Below are positions 17,864 through 27,746 of a stretch of 64,000 nucleotides of DNA, piece after piece. Under the pieces are notes generated by a model that did no database searches, was not told the origin of the DNA, and saw only the letters and a program-made list of their open reading frames with translations. The position numbers and the translations under genes were made by a program. Position 1 is the stretch's first letter. Each line of letters starts with the position of its first letter. Source of the stretch: Planctomycetota bacterium (lineage in GTDB: Bacteria > Planctomycetota > Brocadiia > JAADGH01); contig JBFMAD010000006.1 in NCBI GenBank assembly GCA_040755855.1, positions 32,001 to 96,000 of the forward strand, given 5' to 3'.

Positions 17864-20260
17864 TCACTCCATGGTTTTCTGGAGGTTCATGATTTCCCGC
17901 GCGACCATCCATCGGTACTTGTCGAAGTCGTCCAGCGACCAGTCGCACCCCGCGTCGCGATACAGCCCCGACGCGCTCTCGCGGTCGCCGCGGAAATCGT
18001 AGTCGGTGGCGCACCGCGCCCCGATCCAGTCCAGCGTCGCCCGCGCGCGCTTCACGGCCTCGGCGGCCGCGGGCTTGCCGGACGCCTCGGCCTTCTCCAT
18101 CGTGGATTCCAGCGTGTGGATGTAGTCGTAGTCGTCGCGCCCCTCGGCCATATGCTCGAAGGTGATGCGGCTGGCCACGCCGTCTCGCGTGGACTCGACG
18201 CCGACATGCCAGTTATACGAGCCCGCGTCGAAATCGTCCCACGGCCTGCCCTCGTTATAGATGTAACCCTCGTGCAGCGTGCGCGTCCCGCCCTTCTTCC
18301 AGGCAAACCAGCCGAAGCCGTAACGGCCGTTGGAGTAGTTGTAGAGCCACAGGCCCTTGCAGTGTTTTTTCATGTAGTCGGTCCACTCGTCGCGGATGAG
18401 GGCGATATTGGGGATGGGGTAGTCCACCAGCCCGTCCTGGATGATCTGGTAGTCCACCCACCCGTTCCCGCGCAGGGCCGTCAACACGCCGGCGCGTCGC
18501 AGGCAGCCGTAGGCGCGGCGTCCGTAGGTCAGGCCCTGCTCGCCGTAGTTCGTCAGCTCCCCGCCGCACTCGAAGACAGGAACGCCCCATCCCTTTTCGC
18601 GGACGTGCTTGTCAATGGCCTTGACGATCTCGATAAATAGGTCCTGGTCCGCCTTATCGTCGCTGAAGAAGACATACTTCTCAGGTTTCGGGATTCTCTT
18701 TTGGATCCACTTCGCGCCACAGTACGAGTTGGCGATGCCGCCGCATGTGAAGGTCAGGAACCCGTCCGGCGGGAGGGCGTTGATCTTCTTGCGGAAGGCG
18801 AGGTCCTCGTCCATCTTGGTAAAATCAATGCCGAGCAGCTTCTTCTTTTCCTTGTCCACCTTCATGCCGCTGAAGGGAGGGAAGATGGAACCGGAGAGGC
18901 AGAAGCCGTGCTCGCGCAGGTTCTCCGCTTCCTTGCGCATCATCTCGAAATACCCTTCGTCCTCCTTCCGGTCGTGCAGGTCCCAGTAACGCCGATAGCG
19001 GGTGCCGAAGTAGAACCAGCTCGCGCCCTTCCGCCAATCGAGCTTGAAGGGAAGCACACGGATCTTGAGCGTGAGCGTCTTGGATGGGGCGTTCTCGGGC
19101 TGGATCGTGACCGAGCCGGTGTAGATGCCGGGCTTGGCATCCGTGGGGACCCACGTCTTGAGCCAGTATTGCTTCGTCAGGTCCTTCGGGATATTGATCT
19201 TTTTCCAGCCGTCCATAAGCGTGTAGGGAAGGACCATATAGTTGCAGCCGGGGTTGGCCATCTCCTGATATTTGACTGCGCAAACGCGGATATTCGCATT
19301 TGCGATGATTCCATCTTCGGACTTTAGGTCGCTCACCGCCACGGCCACGCCCTTCAGGTCCTTGAGCGGGCGGATGCAGAAGGTCGCCGGTTCCCACTCG
19401 CCCGGCGCGGCGAAGAATTCGATCGTGTCGCCGTACTCCGACGGCATCGGCAGCGTCTGGGGGAAGACGAACTTCAGGTAGTTGCGCCTGAACGTCACAT
19501 ACCCGATGCGCTTCGCCTCGTCATCCACCCGGAGCGGCGGGGCCGGCTCGACGGGCGGCTGCATCTCGGTCCATCGCGCGAGGAAGGCCTCGCGGCGTTT
19601 GGCCTCGATCTCCGCCAGGTCGCTCTTCATCCGCTCGCGCCCGGCGTCGGGATAGACCATGATGCAGTTGATCGGCACGGCGAAGTCCTTCCGCTCCCCG
19701 ACCAGCCCCTCGAAGACGAGATCGAGAACGCCATCCCTCACCTCGACCGGGAATGTGCTCTGGATGTATCGGTTGGCGATGTATTTGTCATAGATTGATT
19801 CGCCGGGGACGTAGTCGCGGTCCTGCAGCTCGAAGAAGTCGCGCTCCACCCGCGCCGCCTCCTTCCCCTCGGCGAGGATGCGGTAGGTCTGCATCAGGTG
19901 CATGGCGCGGAAGTAGTCCCCGCCGGCGGTCAGGTCGTCGCCGGAGATGACGCTGACGAGGTACTTTCCGTTCGGCAGGTTGAGGTGAAATTCGAGCGGG
20001 TAACGAGACTCCGCCACAACGAGGTCACGGCACAGGTCGTCCGGCTGGTAGTTGTTAGCGTCCACGATCTTGCTCTTGGACGACCAACCGAATCCCTTCT
20101 CTTGCGAGTAGATGTCCTTCGCCGTGAGCGGCTGGAACCCCGGCCACAGGGGCGACCCCTCCGGCCCGGCATCGAACCTGTATATTTTCGCCTCCTGCGC
20201 CATGCCGCCAGAGGAAAGGATGAGAAGTGCAAAGAGAAGCGACCAGCAGAAGGATTTCAT
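17864..20260 (-). CDS. Large secreted glycoside-hydrolase-like protein (DUF4091/GH123-like C terminus)
   Basis: Signal peptide; APGEWEPATF, VPTDAKPGIYTGSV, SRITFEHMAEGRDDYDY; ATGA coupling with upstream gene. Confidence 0.6.
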   Translation of the reverse strand: MKSFCWSLLFALLILSSGGMAQEAKIYRFDAGPEGSPLWPGFQPLTAKDIYSQEKGFGWSSKSKIVDANNYQPDDLCRDLVVAESRYPLEFHLNLPNGKYLVSVISGDDLTAGGDYFRAMHLMQTYRILAEGKEAARVERDFFELQDRDYVPGESIYDKYIANRYIQSTFPVEVRDGVLDLVFEGLVGERKDFAVPINCIMVYPDAGRERMKSDLAEIEAKRREAFLARWTEMQPPVEPAPPLRVDDEAKRIGYVTFRRNYLKFVFPQTLPMPSEYGDTIEFFAAPGEWEPATFCIRPLKDLKGVAVAVSDLKSEDGIIANANIRVCAVKYQEMANPGCNYMVLPYTLMDGWKKINIPKDLTKQYWLKTWVPTDAKPGIYTGSVTIQPENAPSKTLTLKIRVLPFKLDWRKGASWFYFGTRYRRYWDLHDRKEDEGYFEMMRKEAENLREHGFCLSGSIFPPFSGMKVDKEKKKLLGIDFTKMDEDLAFRKKINALPPDGFLTFTCGGIANSYCGAKWIQKRIPKPEKYVFFSDDKADQDLFIEIVKAIDKHVREKGWGVPVFECGGELTNYGEQGLTYGRRAYGCLRRAGVLTALRGNGWVDYQIIQDGLVDYPIPNIALIRDEWTDYMKKHCKGLWLYNYSNGRYGFGWFAWKKGGTRTLHEGYIYNEGRPWDDFDAGSYNWHVGVESTRDGVASRITFEHMAEGRDDYDYIHTLESTMEKAEASGKPAAAEAVKRARATLDWIGARCATDYDFRGDRESASGLYRDAGCDWSLDDFDKYRWMVAREIMNLQKTME

Positions 20261-21144
20261 TTTATCCTCTCCCCTCCAAGCAGCGTCTCGCAAAAGGGAA
20301 AATCGGCTTTATACTGGGCGAGCAGTTTGTCCGGATCGAACTCCATGAAGTACATCTTGAGGCGCGAAACGGTCCTGTTCGTCTTCTCGTCATAGTCAAT
20401 ACTCAGGTCGGGGCCGAGGTGGAGGCAGTCGTGCCAGCCCTGGCTGAGATTGCGGCTCTTCTTGCACCCCCACGCCGATAAATGCTTTCCGTCGCGCGAG
20501 ACGACGCCGACGATGCTGTAGATCGGCCGCGCGTCGCTGATGCCCCAGAAGGCCTTCGGCTGGCCGGTGAAATTCTGCCAGATGGGAAGGTACTGCTGGA
20601 CCCACGGCGGGGAGTTCGTCTCGTGGTCGGCAGGCCGCCGCGTGTCGGGATAGCGCTTCGTGTCCTTGAAAAGCGTGAAGCCGCGGTCGGTGTAGATGAA
20701 GCACTGGTTCACGAAGGACTCGACGAATTTCCCCTTCACGCTCTGGAACCCCGGGGCGCGGCGGAGCTGCCAGCACCCGTTCACGCTCCCCACGGTCTTC
20801 ACCGCCTCGGGCGTGGGACCGGCGACCGTCACCGTCCAGTCAATCGCGCCTTCCGAAGGCGTGAGCTTTGTCTCGACCTCCGCGCCCTGGGGATGCCGGT
20901 GCTTCACGACCATCGCGCCGTCCGGCTGCGGGAAGCCCTCGCCCTGTCCGAGCGCGTCCTCGTAGCACCACACGTCGCACTCGAAGTCGGGGATGGTCGG
21001 TGCGGCGATACGGACCATGGTGAACACCCGGTCGCCGTGCTTCTCCTGCTCAACCTTGATCGTCGGCTTGTTCCCTTCGGCCATGATGTGTCCTCCCGAA
21101 AGAAGCCAGCACGCGCTCGCGATTACGGCAAGGGCTCGTCTCAT
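20257..21144 (-). CDS. Secreted hypothetical protein
   Basis: AAAGGAG RBS; signal peptide; first gene of a three-gene operon. Confidence 0.75.
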   Translation of the reverse strand: MRRALAVIASACWLLSGGHIMAEGNKPTIKVEQEKHGDRVFTMVRIAAPTIPDFECDVWCYEDALGQGEGFPQPDGAMVVKHRHPQGAEVETKLTPSEGAIDWTVTVAGPTPEAVKTVGSVNGCWQLRRAPGFQSVKGKFVESFVNQCFIYTDRGFTLFKDTKRYPDTRRPADHETNSPPWVQQYLPIWQNFTGQPKAFWGISDARPIYSIVGVVSRDGKHLSAWGCKKSRNLSQGWHDCLHLGPDLSIDYDEKTNRTVSRLKMYFMEFDPDKLLAQYKADFPFCETLLGGERIK

Positions 21145-21254
21145 CTCGATCTCCTTTGCTTGTGAAGGAACCTCTTTTATTTATTTTCGTCGTTGCATCC
21201 GCTAAAATCAAGCGCGAACGTCGGGAGTTCTCCGGCTTGATTGGGAGAAGACGA

Positions 21255-21950
21255 ATGGCACAGATGATGCGACGGATGGTTCCGGCGGCGATCGCCGCCC
21301 TGGGTTTGGTAGGAGTGATGATGGTGAGCAAGGTAAAGGCGGAAGAACGTGAGACGATTGAATGGTGCAACCTTCGGTGGGAGAACACGAACGACAGCAA
21401 GCTGCCGCGCGTCCTCCTGATCGGCGACTCGATCACGCTGGGCTACAGCGCGGCGGTGAAGAAACTCCTGGAGGGTAAGGCGAACGTGGATGTCCTCGCC
21501 ACATCCAAGTGTGTGCGCGATCCGGCCCTCCTCAAGGAGATCGCCTATGCGATGGAGGGTTACAAGCACGCGGTGGTCCACTTCAATAACGGTTTGCACG
21601 GCTGGCACTTAGACGAGAAGGGCTACGAGACGGGCCTGCGGGCCATGGTCAAGGAGATTCAGAAGCACGCGAAGGGCGCGAAGCTCGTCTGGGCCGCCAC
21701 GACGCCCGTGCCGTCGAGCGAGAAGGGTGTGAAGCTGGATGAGAAACGCAACGGCGTCGTTCTCGCGCGCAACACCATCGCCGCGAAGATCATGGAGGAG
21801 AACAACATCCCCATCAACGACCTCTACACCCTCGTCCTCGACGACTTAGACGCCCTCACCGCCAGCAAAGGCAACGTTCACTATAACGAAAAAGGCAAAG
21901 AGCGCCAGGCGGAGGCGGTGGTGAATGCAATCATCCTACTGATGAAGTAG
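21255..21950 (+). CDS. SGNH/GDSL hydrolase
   Basis: LPRVLLIGDSITLGY, FNNGLH, WAATTPV, INDLY and VHYNEKG motifs; signal peptide. Confidence 0.9.
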   Translation: MAQMMRRMVPAAIAALGLVGVMMVSKVKAEERETIEWCNLRWENTNDSKLPRVLLIGDSITLGYSAAVKKLLEGKANVDVLATSKCVRDPALLKEIAYAMEGYKHAVVHFNNGLHGWHLDEKGYETGLRAMVKEIQKHAKGAKLVWAATTPVPSSEKGVKLDEKRNGVVLARNTIAAKIMEENNIPINDLYTLVLDDLDALTASKGNVHYNEKGKERQAEAVVNAIILLMK

Positions 21951-22001
21951 CAGAAGCAATGGAGGAACACATTAGGTTTCCCGATAAAGCCATGGCCGCG
22001 T

Positions 22002-22931
22002 TTATTTCTTGTTCTCCTTAGGCCAAACGTTCTCTGTAGTCCAGTTGTTGATGTCGTCCTTGCACATGCCACAGTATAGGGCTGCACGATTGTCTCGATC
22101 TTCGAGATCATAATCGCGCCCAACTTCAATTGGCCAGCCCCTCCCGTCACGACCAAAACAGAAGATGTCTACGAAATCCTTGTTGTGATCGGGAGGCTGC
22201 GGTTCCGGGCCACGAACTTGCCATCCCTCGGGCTTGTGGCAATCATAGACATAGAAATCGAAAAAAGCAAAAGACTCATCGCCTCTGATGAGACCAAACT
22301 TATCCAAGTATTGATAAAGCCTAACATCCACACCGGGATTGTCATCTGCCACCCCTCGAATTTCCCAAGGAATAGGATTCTGCTTGCTGCCCCGAGCACC
22401 GGGGCCGCCGTATACGGCCAAGGGTTCACCCGTCGCGATGCCTTTCGCGGGATAACGTTCTCCGCGCCACTCGGCCCTGTCAGGATGCGGCACGAGTTGT
22501 TCTCTGCAGAAGCGGCAATACGGTCCGTAATGTTTTCCTTCAATTGTGAATTGGCTTCCGAGAAAAAATACCAAGAGGATTGTCGTGCGCTCAGGTCCCG
22601 ATATATCATCCGGCGTAAGAAGCACATCCGAACGAGCCGGGCAGCCCTTGAGCAAGGGAGAAAGCTCGGTCTTCGCGCGCAGGCCATCCGCATCAATGTA
22701 TGTGTTGTTTGATGTGCCGAAGGTGTCAGGAACGTAGAATCCAAAATCTTCGTGGAAGGCACGACACGCACGTTCGAGATCGCGAATCTCCGCTCGGCAC
22801 GCCGCTTCCAGGCTCTCTGCCCTTGCAGCCCTGATCAGCAAAACGGCGATGCCTGTGACGGCAACTCCCGACATGATCACAGCGAGAAGAGTAACAAGGA
22901 GGCGGCGAAACGCTATACTGCCATGGTTCAT
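22002..22931 (-). CDS. GspG/pseudopilin-like protein lacking the canonical GFxxxE site
   Basis: N-terminal TM helix, EIRDLERACRAFHEDFGFY helix, C-terminal DIFCFGRDG...DDINNW; weaker GC bias. Confidence 0.65.
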   Translation of the reverse strand: MNHGSIAFRRLLVTLLAVIMSGVAVTGIAVLLIRAARAESLEAACRAEIRDLERACRAFHEDFGFYVPDTFGTSNNTYIDADGLRAKTELSPLLKGCPARSDVLLTPDDISGPERTTILLVFFLGSQFTIEGKHYGPYCRFCREQLVPHPDRAEWRGERYPAKGIATGEPLAVYGGPGARGSKQNPIPWEIRGVADDNPGVDVRLYQYLDKFGLIRGDESFAFFDFYVYDCHKPEGWQVRGPEPQPPDHNKDFVDIFCFGRDGRGWPIEVGRDYDLEDRDNRAALYCGMCKDDINNWTTENVWPKENKK

Positions 22932-22976
22932 CTCTGCTGCCTCGGAATACCAGTAACCCGCAAACCACCTTACCTC

Positions 22977-23005
22977 ATTATACTCGCGAAATTACACACT
23001 ATCAA
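22977..23005 (-). promoter_or_regulatory. Sigma70 promoter
   Basis: Minus strand TTGATA-17-TATAAT. Confidence 0.6.
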
Positions 23006-23027
23006 GCAAACGCTGTGCTCTTTCGAT

Positions 23028-23056
23028 TTGACATCGTGGGGGCGGGCGGATAAACT
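23028..23056 (+). promoter_or_regulatory. Sigma70 promoter
   Basis: TTGACA-17-TAAACT upstream of a GGAGGT RBS. Confidence 0.65.
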
Positions 23057-23099
23057 GCAACCCACAAAACGTGGAGGACCAAGATGGAGGTAATCAAGC

Positions 23100-25853
23100 A
23101 TGTGGAAGACGGTGGCCTTGTTGATGATTCTTGTGTTGCTTCACGGATGCGTCCCGGAGGAGAAGAAGATGCCCGCCGAAAAGCCGACCGCCGCGCATGA
23201 ACTCGGCCCGTTTGCCTCCCTGCAAGAGGGCCGCGACGCCGTCCGCGCACTGAAGGCCAAAGGGCCGTTGACGAAGCCCGTCCGCGTCCTGATCCAGGAC
23301 GGCACACACGCCATGACGGAGCCGGTGGTCTTCATGCCCGACGACAGCGGCGCGGAGGATTGCCCCATCACCTACGAGCCGGCGCCCGGAGCTAAACCCG
23401 TCTTCACCGGTGGGCGCGTCATCACCGGATGGACTATGGCCCAACCTCCCGGAGGTTCCAAACCTCCGGGAGGTTCATCGCTCTGGACGGCGCACGTCCC
23501 GGACGTGAAGGCCGGCAAGTGGTATTTCGAGCAGCTCTGGGTCAACGGCAAGCGCGCCGTCCGCGCCCGCACCCCGAACAAGTTCTACCACTACATGCTC
23601 TACAAGGTGGAGTACGGCATCGACCCCGCCACGGGCAAGCGGGAGAGCATGGCCAACCGCGCCTTCATCGCCCGGCGCAGGGACATCGAGCCATTGAAGT
23701 CGGTCCCCCGCGAGCGATGGAGCGACATCACGGTCGTGGCCTACCACTCCTGGGCCATCTCGCGCCATCGCGTCGCGGATATAGATTTCGAGACGAACCG
23801 CATCATTCTCACCGGACCCGCGCCGTGGCCGATGATGCGATGGAATCCGAACCACCGCTATCACATAGAGAACGTCAAGGCGGCCCTCGACGAACCGGGC
23901 GAGTGGTTCCTCGACCGCGACGGGACGCTTACCTACAAACCCCGCCCCGGCGAGGACATGGCGAAGGCGGAGGTCGTGGCCCCCGTCTGCGAGGAATTCG
24001 TCCGCTTCGCCGGCGAGCCGCATCTGGGATTGTGGGTCGAACACATCCGCCTCAAGGGCCTGACGTTCCGGCACGGGCAGTACATCCTCCCGCCCGAGGG
24101 CCACGGCGACGGCCAGGCGGCCGTGACGATCCCCGGCATGATCACGGCTGACGGGGCGCGGAAGATCGCCATTGAGGACTGCGAGGTCGGGCATGTCGGC
24201 ACATACGGCATCTGGTTCCGCCAGGGCTGCCGCGACTGCCTCGTGCAGCGCTGTTACGTGCACGACCTCGGCGCGGGGGGCGTGCGCATGGGCGAAGGAT
24301 GGAAGAACAACAATCCCACTCCGTCCGAGATGACCAGCCACATCACGGTGGACAACAACATCCTCCGCGACGGGGGGCATCTCTACATGTGCTGCGTCGG
24401 CGTGTGGATCGGGCATAGCTCGGATAATGTCGTGACGCACAACGACATTGCCGATTTTCGTTATAGCGGCGTGTCCGTCGGGTGGAAGTGGGGCTACGGC
24501 AGAAGTCCCGCCGAGCGGAACAGGGTGAACTACAACCACATCCATCACATCGGCTGGGGCGTGATGAGCGACATGGGCGGCATCTACACCCTCGGCGAGT
24601 CGCCCGGCACGGAGCTGGTCGGCAATGTGATCCACGACGTGAACTCCTACGACCTCTACGGCCGCGGCGGCTGGGGGCTGTACAACGACGAGAGCAGCCG
24701 CTTCATCGTCATGGAGAACAACCTGGTCTATAATACGAAGACCGGCGGCTACCATCTGCACTACGGCAAGGACCTCATCATCCGCAACAACATCTTCGCC
24801 TTCAGCATGGAGGGCCAGCTTCAGTTCTCGCGCAAGGAGGATCACCACCAGTTTATCTTCGAGCGCAACATAGTCCTCCGCGGCGAGGGCGGCGGCCCGC
24901 TCTTCTATCGCGACCGGACGGGCGAGACGAATGTCCTGCGAGACAACCTCTACTGGGACATGGCCGGGCAGCCGCTCGAGTTCGAGGGGATGACGTTTGA
25001 GGAGTGGCAGAAGAAAACGGGACAAGGGAAAGATTCGCTTGTCGCCGATCCAAAATTCGCGGATGCGAAAAATTACGACTTCCACCTGAAGCCGGATTCG
25101 CCGGCCTTCAAGATCGGCTTCAAGCCGTTCGACTACTCCAAGGCCGGGGTCTATGGCGACCCGGCGTGGGTCAAGAGGGCAGGCGATGTGAAATATCCTC
25201 CCGTCGAGTTCGCCCCTGAGCCGCCCCCGCCGCCGCCGATGCTCATTGACGAGGATTTCGAGGCCATACCCATCGGCGGCCCGCCCCCCGTGGCGGAGGT
25301 GCACACCGAGGAGCGCAAGGGACTCGTGGCCGTCACGGACGAAACTGCGGCGAGCGGGAAGCAGTGCCTCAAGATCAGCGATGCGCCGGACCTGAAGCAC
25401 TCGTTCAACCCGCACTTCTACTTCAAACCGCACTACGACGATGGGGTATCCACCTGCTCCTTCGACATCCGCATCGAGCAGGGGACGAAGATGTATCACG
25501 AGTGGCGGGAATATCCGGAAGGCAAGAAGTACGTCGTCGGCCCGAGCATCACGATCAGCGACGGCAGCCTCTTCGTCGGAGGCAAGGAGATGTTGAAGCT
25601 CCCCCTCGGCCAATGGGTGCATGTCGAAGTGACCGCCGGGCAGGGGACGAAGGCCGACGGGACCTGGAACCTTGCCGTGACGCTGCCCGGGCAGAAACCG
25701 AATACATTCGCAAAAATGAAAATCGAACAACCGGAGTGGAAGGTCCTCGACTGGTGCGGCTTCAGCAGCACCGCCACGGAGAAGACGTGCTACTACCTCG
25801 ACAATATCAAACTGACCAATACCGCCGCAAAGGCCCAGGCCGAAGGAGGGTGA
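23100..25853 (+). CDS. Right-handed parallel beta-helix lipoprotein (GH141-like)
   Basis: Lipobox-like LLHGC; GPFASL, ALDEPGEWFLD, HDLGAGGV, DMGGIYTLG, GWGLYNDE, ENNLVY. Confidence 0.85.
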   Translation: MWKTVALLMILVLLHGCVPEEKKMPAEKPTAAHELGPFASLQEGRDAVRALKAKGPLTKPVRVLIQDGTHAMTEPVVFMPDDSGAEDCPITYEPAPGAKPVFTGGRVITGWTMAQPPGGSKPPGGSSLWTAHVPDVKAGKWYFEQLWVNGKRAVRARTPNKFYHYMLYKVEYGIDPATGKRESMANRAFIARRRDIEPLKSVPRERWSDITVVAYHSWAISRHRVADIDFETNRIILTGPAPWPMMRWNPNHRYHIENVKAALDEPGEWFLDRDGTLTYKPRPGEDMAKAEVVAPVCEEFVRFAGEPHLGLWVEHIRLKGLTFRHGQYILPPEGHGDGQAAVTIPGMITADGARKIAIEDCEVGHVGTYGIWFRQGCRDCLVQRCYVHDLGAGGVRMGEGWKNNNPTPSEMTSHITVDNNILRDGGHLYMCCVGVWIGHSSDNVVTHNDIADFRYSGVSVGWKWGYGRSPAERNRVNYNHIHHIGWGVMSDMGGIYTLGESPGTELVGNVIHDVNSYDLYGRGGWGLYNDESSRFIVMENNLVYNTKTGGYHLHYGKDLIIRNNIFAFSMEGQLQFSRKEDHHQFIFERNIVLRGEGGGPLFYRDRTGETNVLRDNLYWDMAGQPLEFEGMTFEEWQKKTGQGKDSLVADPKFADAKNYDFHLKPDSPAFKIGFKPFDYSKAGVYGDPAWVKRAGDVKYPPVEFAPEPPPPPPMLIDEDFEAIPIGGPPPVAEVHTEERKGLVAVTDETAASGKQCLKISDAPDLKHSFNPHFYFKPHYDDGVSTCSFDIRIEQGTKMYHEWREYPEGKKYVVGPSITISDGSLFVGGKEMLKLPLGQWVHVEVTAGQGTKADGTWNLAVTLPGQKPNTFAKMKIEQPEWKVLDWCGFSSTATEKTCYYLDNIKLTNTAAKAQAEGG
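23443..23475. repeat. Nested 33-bp palindrome (REP-like) within the CDS
   Basis: AACCTCCCGGAGGTT-CCA-AACCTCCGGGAGGTT; each half is self-complementary and the halves are reverse complements. Confidence 0.8.
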
Positions 25854-25855
25854 CG

Positions 25856-26917
25856 ATGATTCGGTGCATGATGATTTGCTTTCTTGCAATGAGCGTTTCC
25901 ATCGCTGCCGCAGAGTATGTCACCGTCCCCGTGGGAGGCGGCGCAAACGGGGTTGACGGGCTCAAGATCGTTTCTGTTCCCTGTGTGCAAGCCTCTGTCG
26001 AAACGGTCCCCAAGGCGGATGGCGAGAGCCCGGCCGTAAGGGTCACATTCACGAAAACGGGCGACGAGCGCCGACTCCTCGCGATGGAGGGAACGCTGAA
26101 GGGGAATCCCACCGGCAGCAAGGTCCTCGCCCTGCGCTGCCGACTGAGCCTGGAGCAAGGCGAGCCTCAGCGCCTGGCGATGGTCGCCTATGGCAAGGAC
26201 GGCAATGCCTGGTTCAAGGTCGGCGCGAATCCCATCGCGGCGGGCGGGTTCCAGGAGGTCCGCCTGCCGTTGCAGGGCCTGCGTCCGGCAAAGTTCAGTC
26301 GGGACGAAGAAGCCGAATTGCAGTGGGACAAGGTGGAGAAGGTCTGGTTCGGCCTGGCCATTGACGGCCCGGCGAAGGGGACGCTCGAGGTGAGCCGTGC
26401 GCTCCTGACAAGCGAACCCTATCGCCCCACGAAGCCCCTGGCGGTGGCGTGCATGGATGCGTCGCTGTGGAGCGTGGGGAAGGACCCCGCCGCAAAGGGC
26501 GAGATTGCGATCGCCGAGGCGGAGAAGTGTGTGCGGTTCGACTTCAGCTTCCCCGGCGGGCGGCACATGTACGACATCCCGAGCCTGAGGATACCCGAGG
26601 CGGAACTGGAAGGGTATATGGGCCTTCAGTTCACCTACAAGGCCGAGATTCCGCCGGGGATCAAGGGGCTGCTCGTGACTCTGCGCGAATCCGGAGGCGG
26701 GCAGTACTTCGTGGACCCGGCGCCCCCGGCGGAGAAGGATTGGAAGACGATCACGATCCCCTTTGCTTCTCTCAAAAAGGCAAGCTGGGGCCGCGACGAC
26801 AACGACCGCCTCGATGTGGACCAGATTAACGCCGTCCAAATCGGCGTCCACGGCACGACGACGGAGAAGGTCGGCACGGGATTCATTATGACGAAAGAAA
26901 TCCAGTTCATGCCGTGA
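25856..26917 (+). CDS. Secreted protein with two galactose-binding-like (CIA30/CBM11-like) domains
   Basis: AAGGAGG RBS; signal peptide; EVRLPLQGL...LQWDKV and WKTITIPFASL...LDVDQI repeats. Confidence 0.7.
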   Translation: MIRCMMICFLAMSVSIAAAEYVTVPVGGGANGVDGLKIVSVPCVQASVETVPKADGESPAVRVTFTKTGDERRLLAMEGTLKGNPTGSKVLALRCRLSLEQGEPQRLAMVAYGKDGNAWFKVGANPIAAGGFQEVRLPLQGLRPAKFSRDEEAELQWDKVEKVWFGLAIDGPAKGTLEVSRALLTSEPYRPTKPLAVACMDASLWSVGKDPAAKGEIAIAEAEKCVRFDFSFPGGRHMYDIPSLRIPEAELEGYMGLQFTYKAEIPPGIKGLLVTLRESGGGQYFVDPAPPAEKDWKTITIPFASLKKASWGRDDNDRLDVDQINAVQIGVHGTTTEKVGTGFIMTKEIQFMP

Positions 26918-27405
26918 GGCAATCGAAGATGATCCAAGTCCGTGCGGCTACCGTCAAAGATGCAGAAGCCATAAGCGGGATTGTCTGCCGATGCTACGAA
27001 GGCTTCGAGCAAACCGACGAGTGGCCGCACGATGTCGTCACGGAACTGAAAGCCGTTCGGGGTTCGGCAGACTGCATCCGGGAGTTGATCGCCGGTGAGC
27101 GCGTCTTCGTTGTCGATGACGACGGCAGCGTTCGGGGCATGGTCAGCATCCGCAAGAACGAGGTGACCAAGCTATTTGTCGATCCAACCCACCATCGGCA
27201 GGGCATCGGGCGGCGGCTGTTCAGCCATGCCGAGTCGTTTATCCGAGATCAGGGCCATCGGCACATGTTCCTGGGCGCAGCGGTCCGGACGCCGATTGCA
27301 TACTATGAGAAGATGGGGATGAAGATCGCGCGCACGCGGGTGATAGATCATGGTCCTTGTGTCGGGATGATCTCGACGATTCTGGAGAAGTCATTCGGAA
27401 CTTGA
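26914..27405 (+). CDS. GNAT family N-acetyltransferase
   Basis: IQVRAATVKDAEAI, LFVDPTHHRQGIGRRL acetyl-CoA motif, YYEKMG; alternative start 26929. Confidence 0.9.
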   Translation: MRQSKMIQVRAATVKDAEAISGIVCRCYEGFEQTDEWPHDVVTELKAVRGSADCIRELIAGERVFVVDDDGSVRGMVSIRKNEVTKLFVDPTHHRQGIGRRLFSHAESFIRDQGHRHMFLGAAVRTPIAYYEKMGMKIARTRVIDHGPCVGMISTILEKSFGT

Positions 27406-27444
27406 CCGGGGGAACGGTGTGCGCCGACGCGCGGCGAAAAAGAC

Positions 27445-27473
27445 TTGACTTTGTGCATACATATGTGCATACT
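27445..27473 (+). promoter_or_regulatory. brnTA promoter with overlapping operator; probably leaderless mRNA
   Basis: TTGACT-17-CATACT ending 6 nt before ATG 27480; spacer holds GTGCATAC repeats and a near-palindrome. Confidence 0.65.
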
Positions 27474-27479
27474 ATAGCT

Positions 27480-27746
27480 ATGTTCGAGTGGGATGACAAC
27501 AAGGAGTGGGGAAACGTTCGGAAACATGGGATTTCTTTTGCTGACACGTTTGCTGTTTTTGAGGATCCTCATGCGTTGACCTTGGAGGATTTTGTGCGCG
27601 GGGAAGAACGGTACGTGACCATCGGGATGGATTGCTTTGGGCGGATTCTCGTCGTCGTGTACACATGGCGAGGGGAGAACATTCGCATCATATCCGCTCG
27701 GAAGGCCAACAAGTCGGAGATCAAACAATATGAAGGCAAAATATGA
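27480..27746 (+). CDS. brnT: BrnT family toxin
   Basis: MFEWDDNK...NVRKHGISF...FEDP...GEERY.TIG...LVVVYT.RGENIRIISARKA. Confidence 0.95.
   Translation: MFEWDDNKEWGNVRKHGISFADTFAVFEDPHALTLEDFVRGEERYVTIGMDCFGRILVVVYTWRGENIRIISARKANKSEIKQYEGKI

Noticed and set aside
25364..25855. Extension of the CBM-like ORF into the beta-helix gene
   Set aside because: Arg-rich off-frame sequence; signal peptide and RBS place the start at about 25856
23475..25889. 804-aa antisense ORF (likewise 2470-3984, 3985-6027, 14035-15375, 41416-42777, 49415-50899, 56188-57795)
   Set aside because: Shadow frames of strongly codon-biased GC-rich genes; no motifs or RBS
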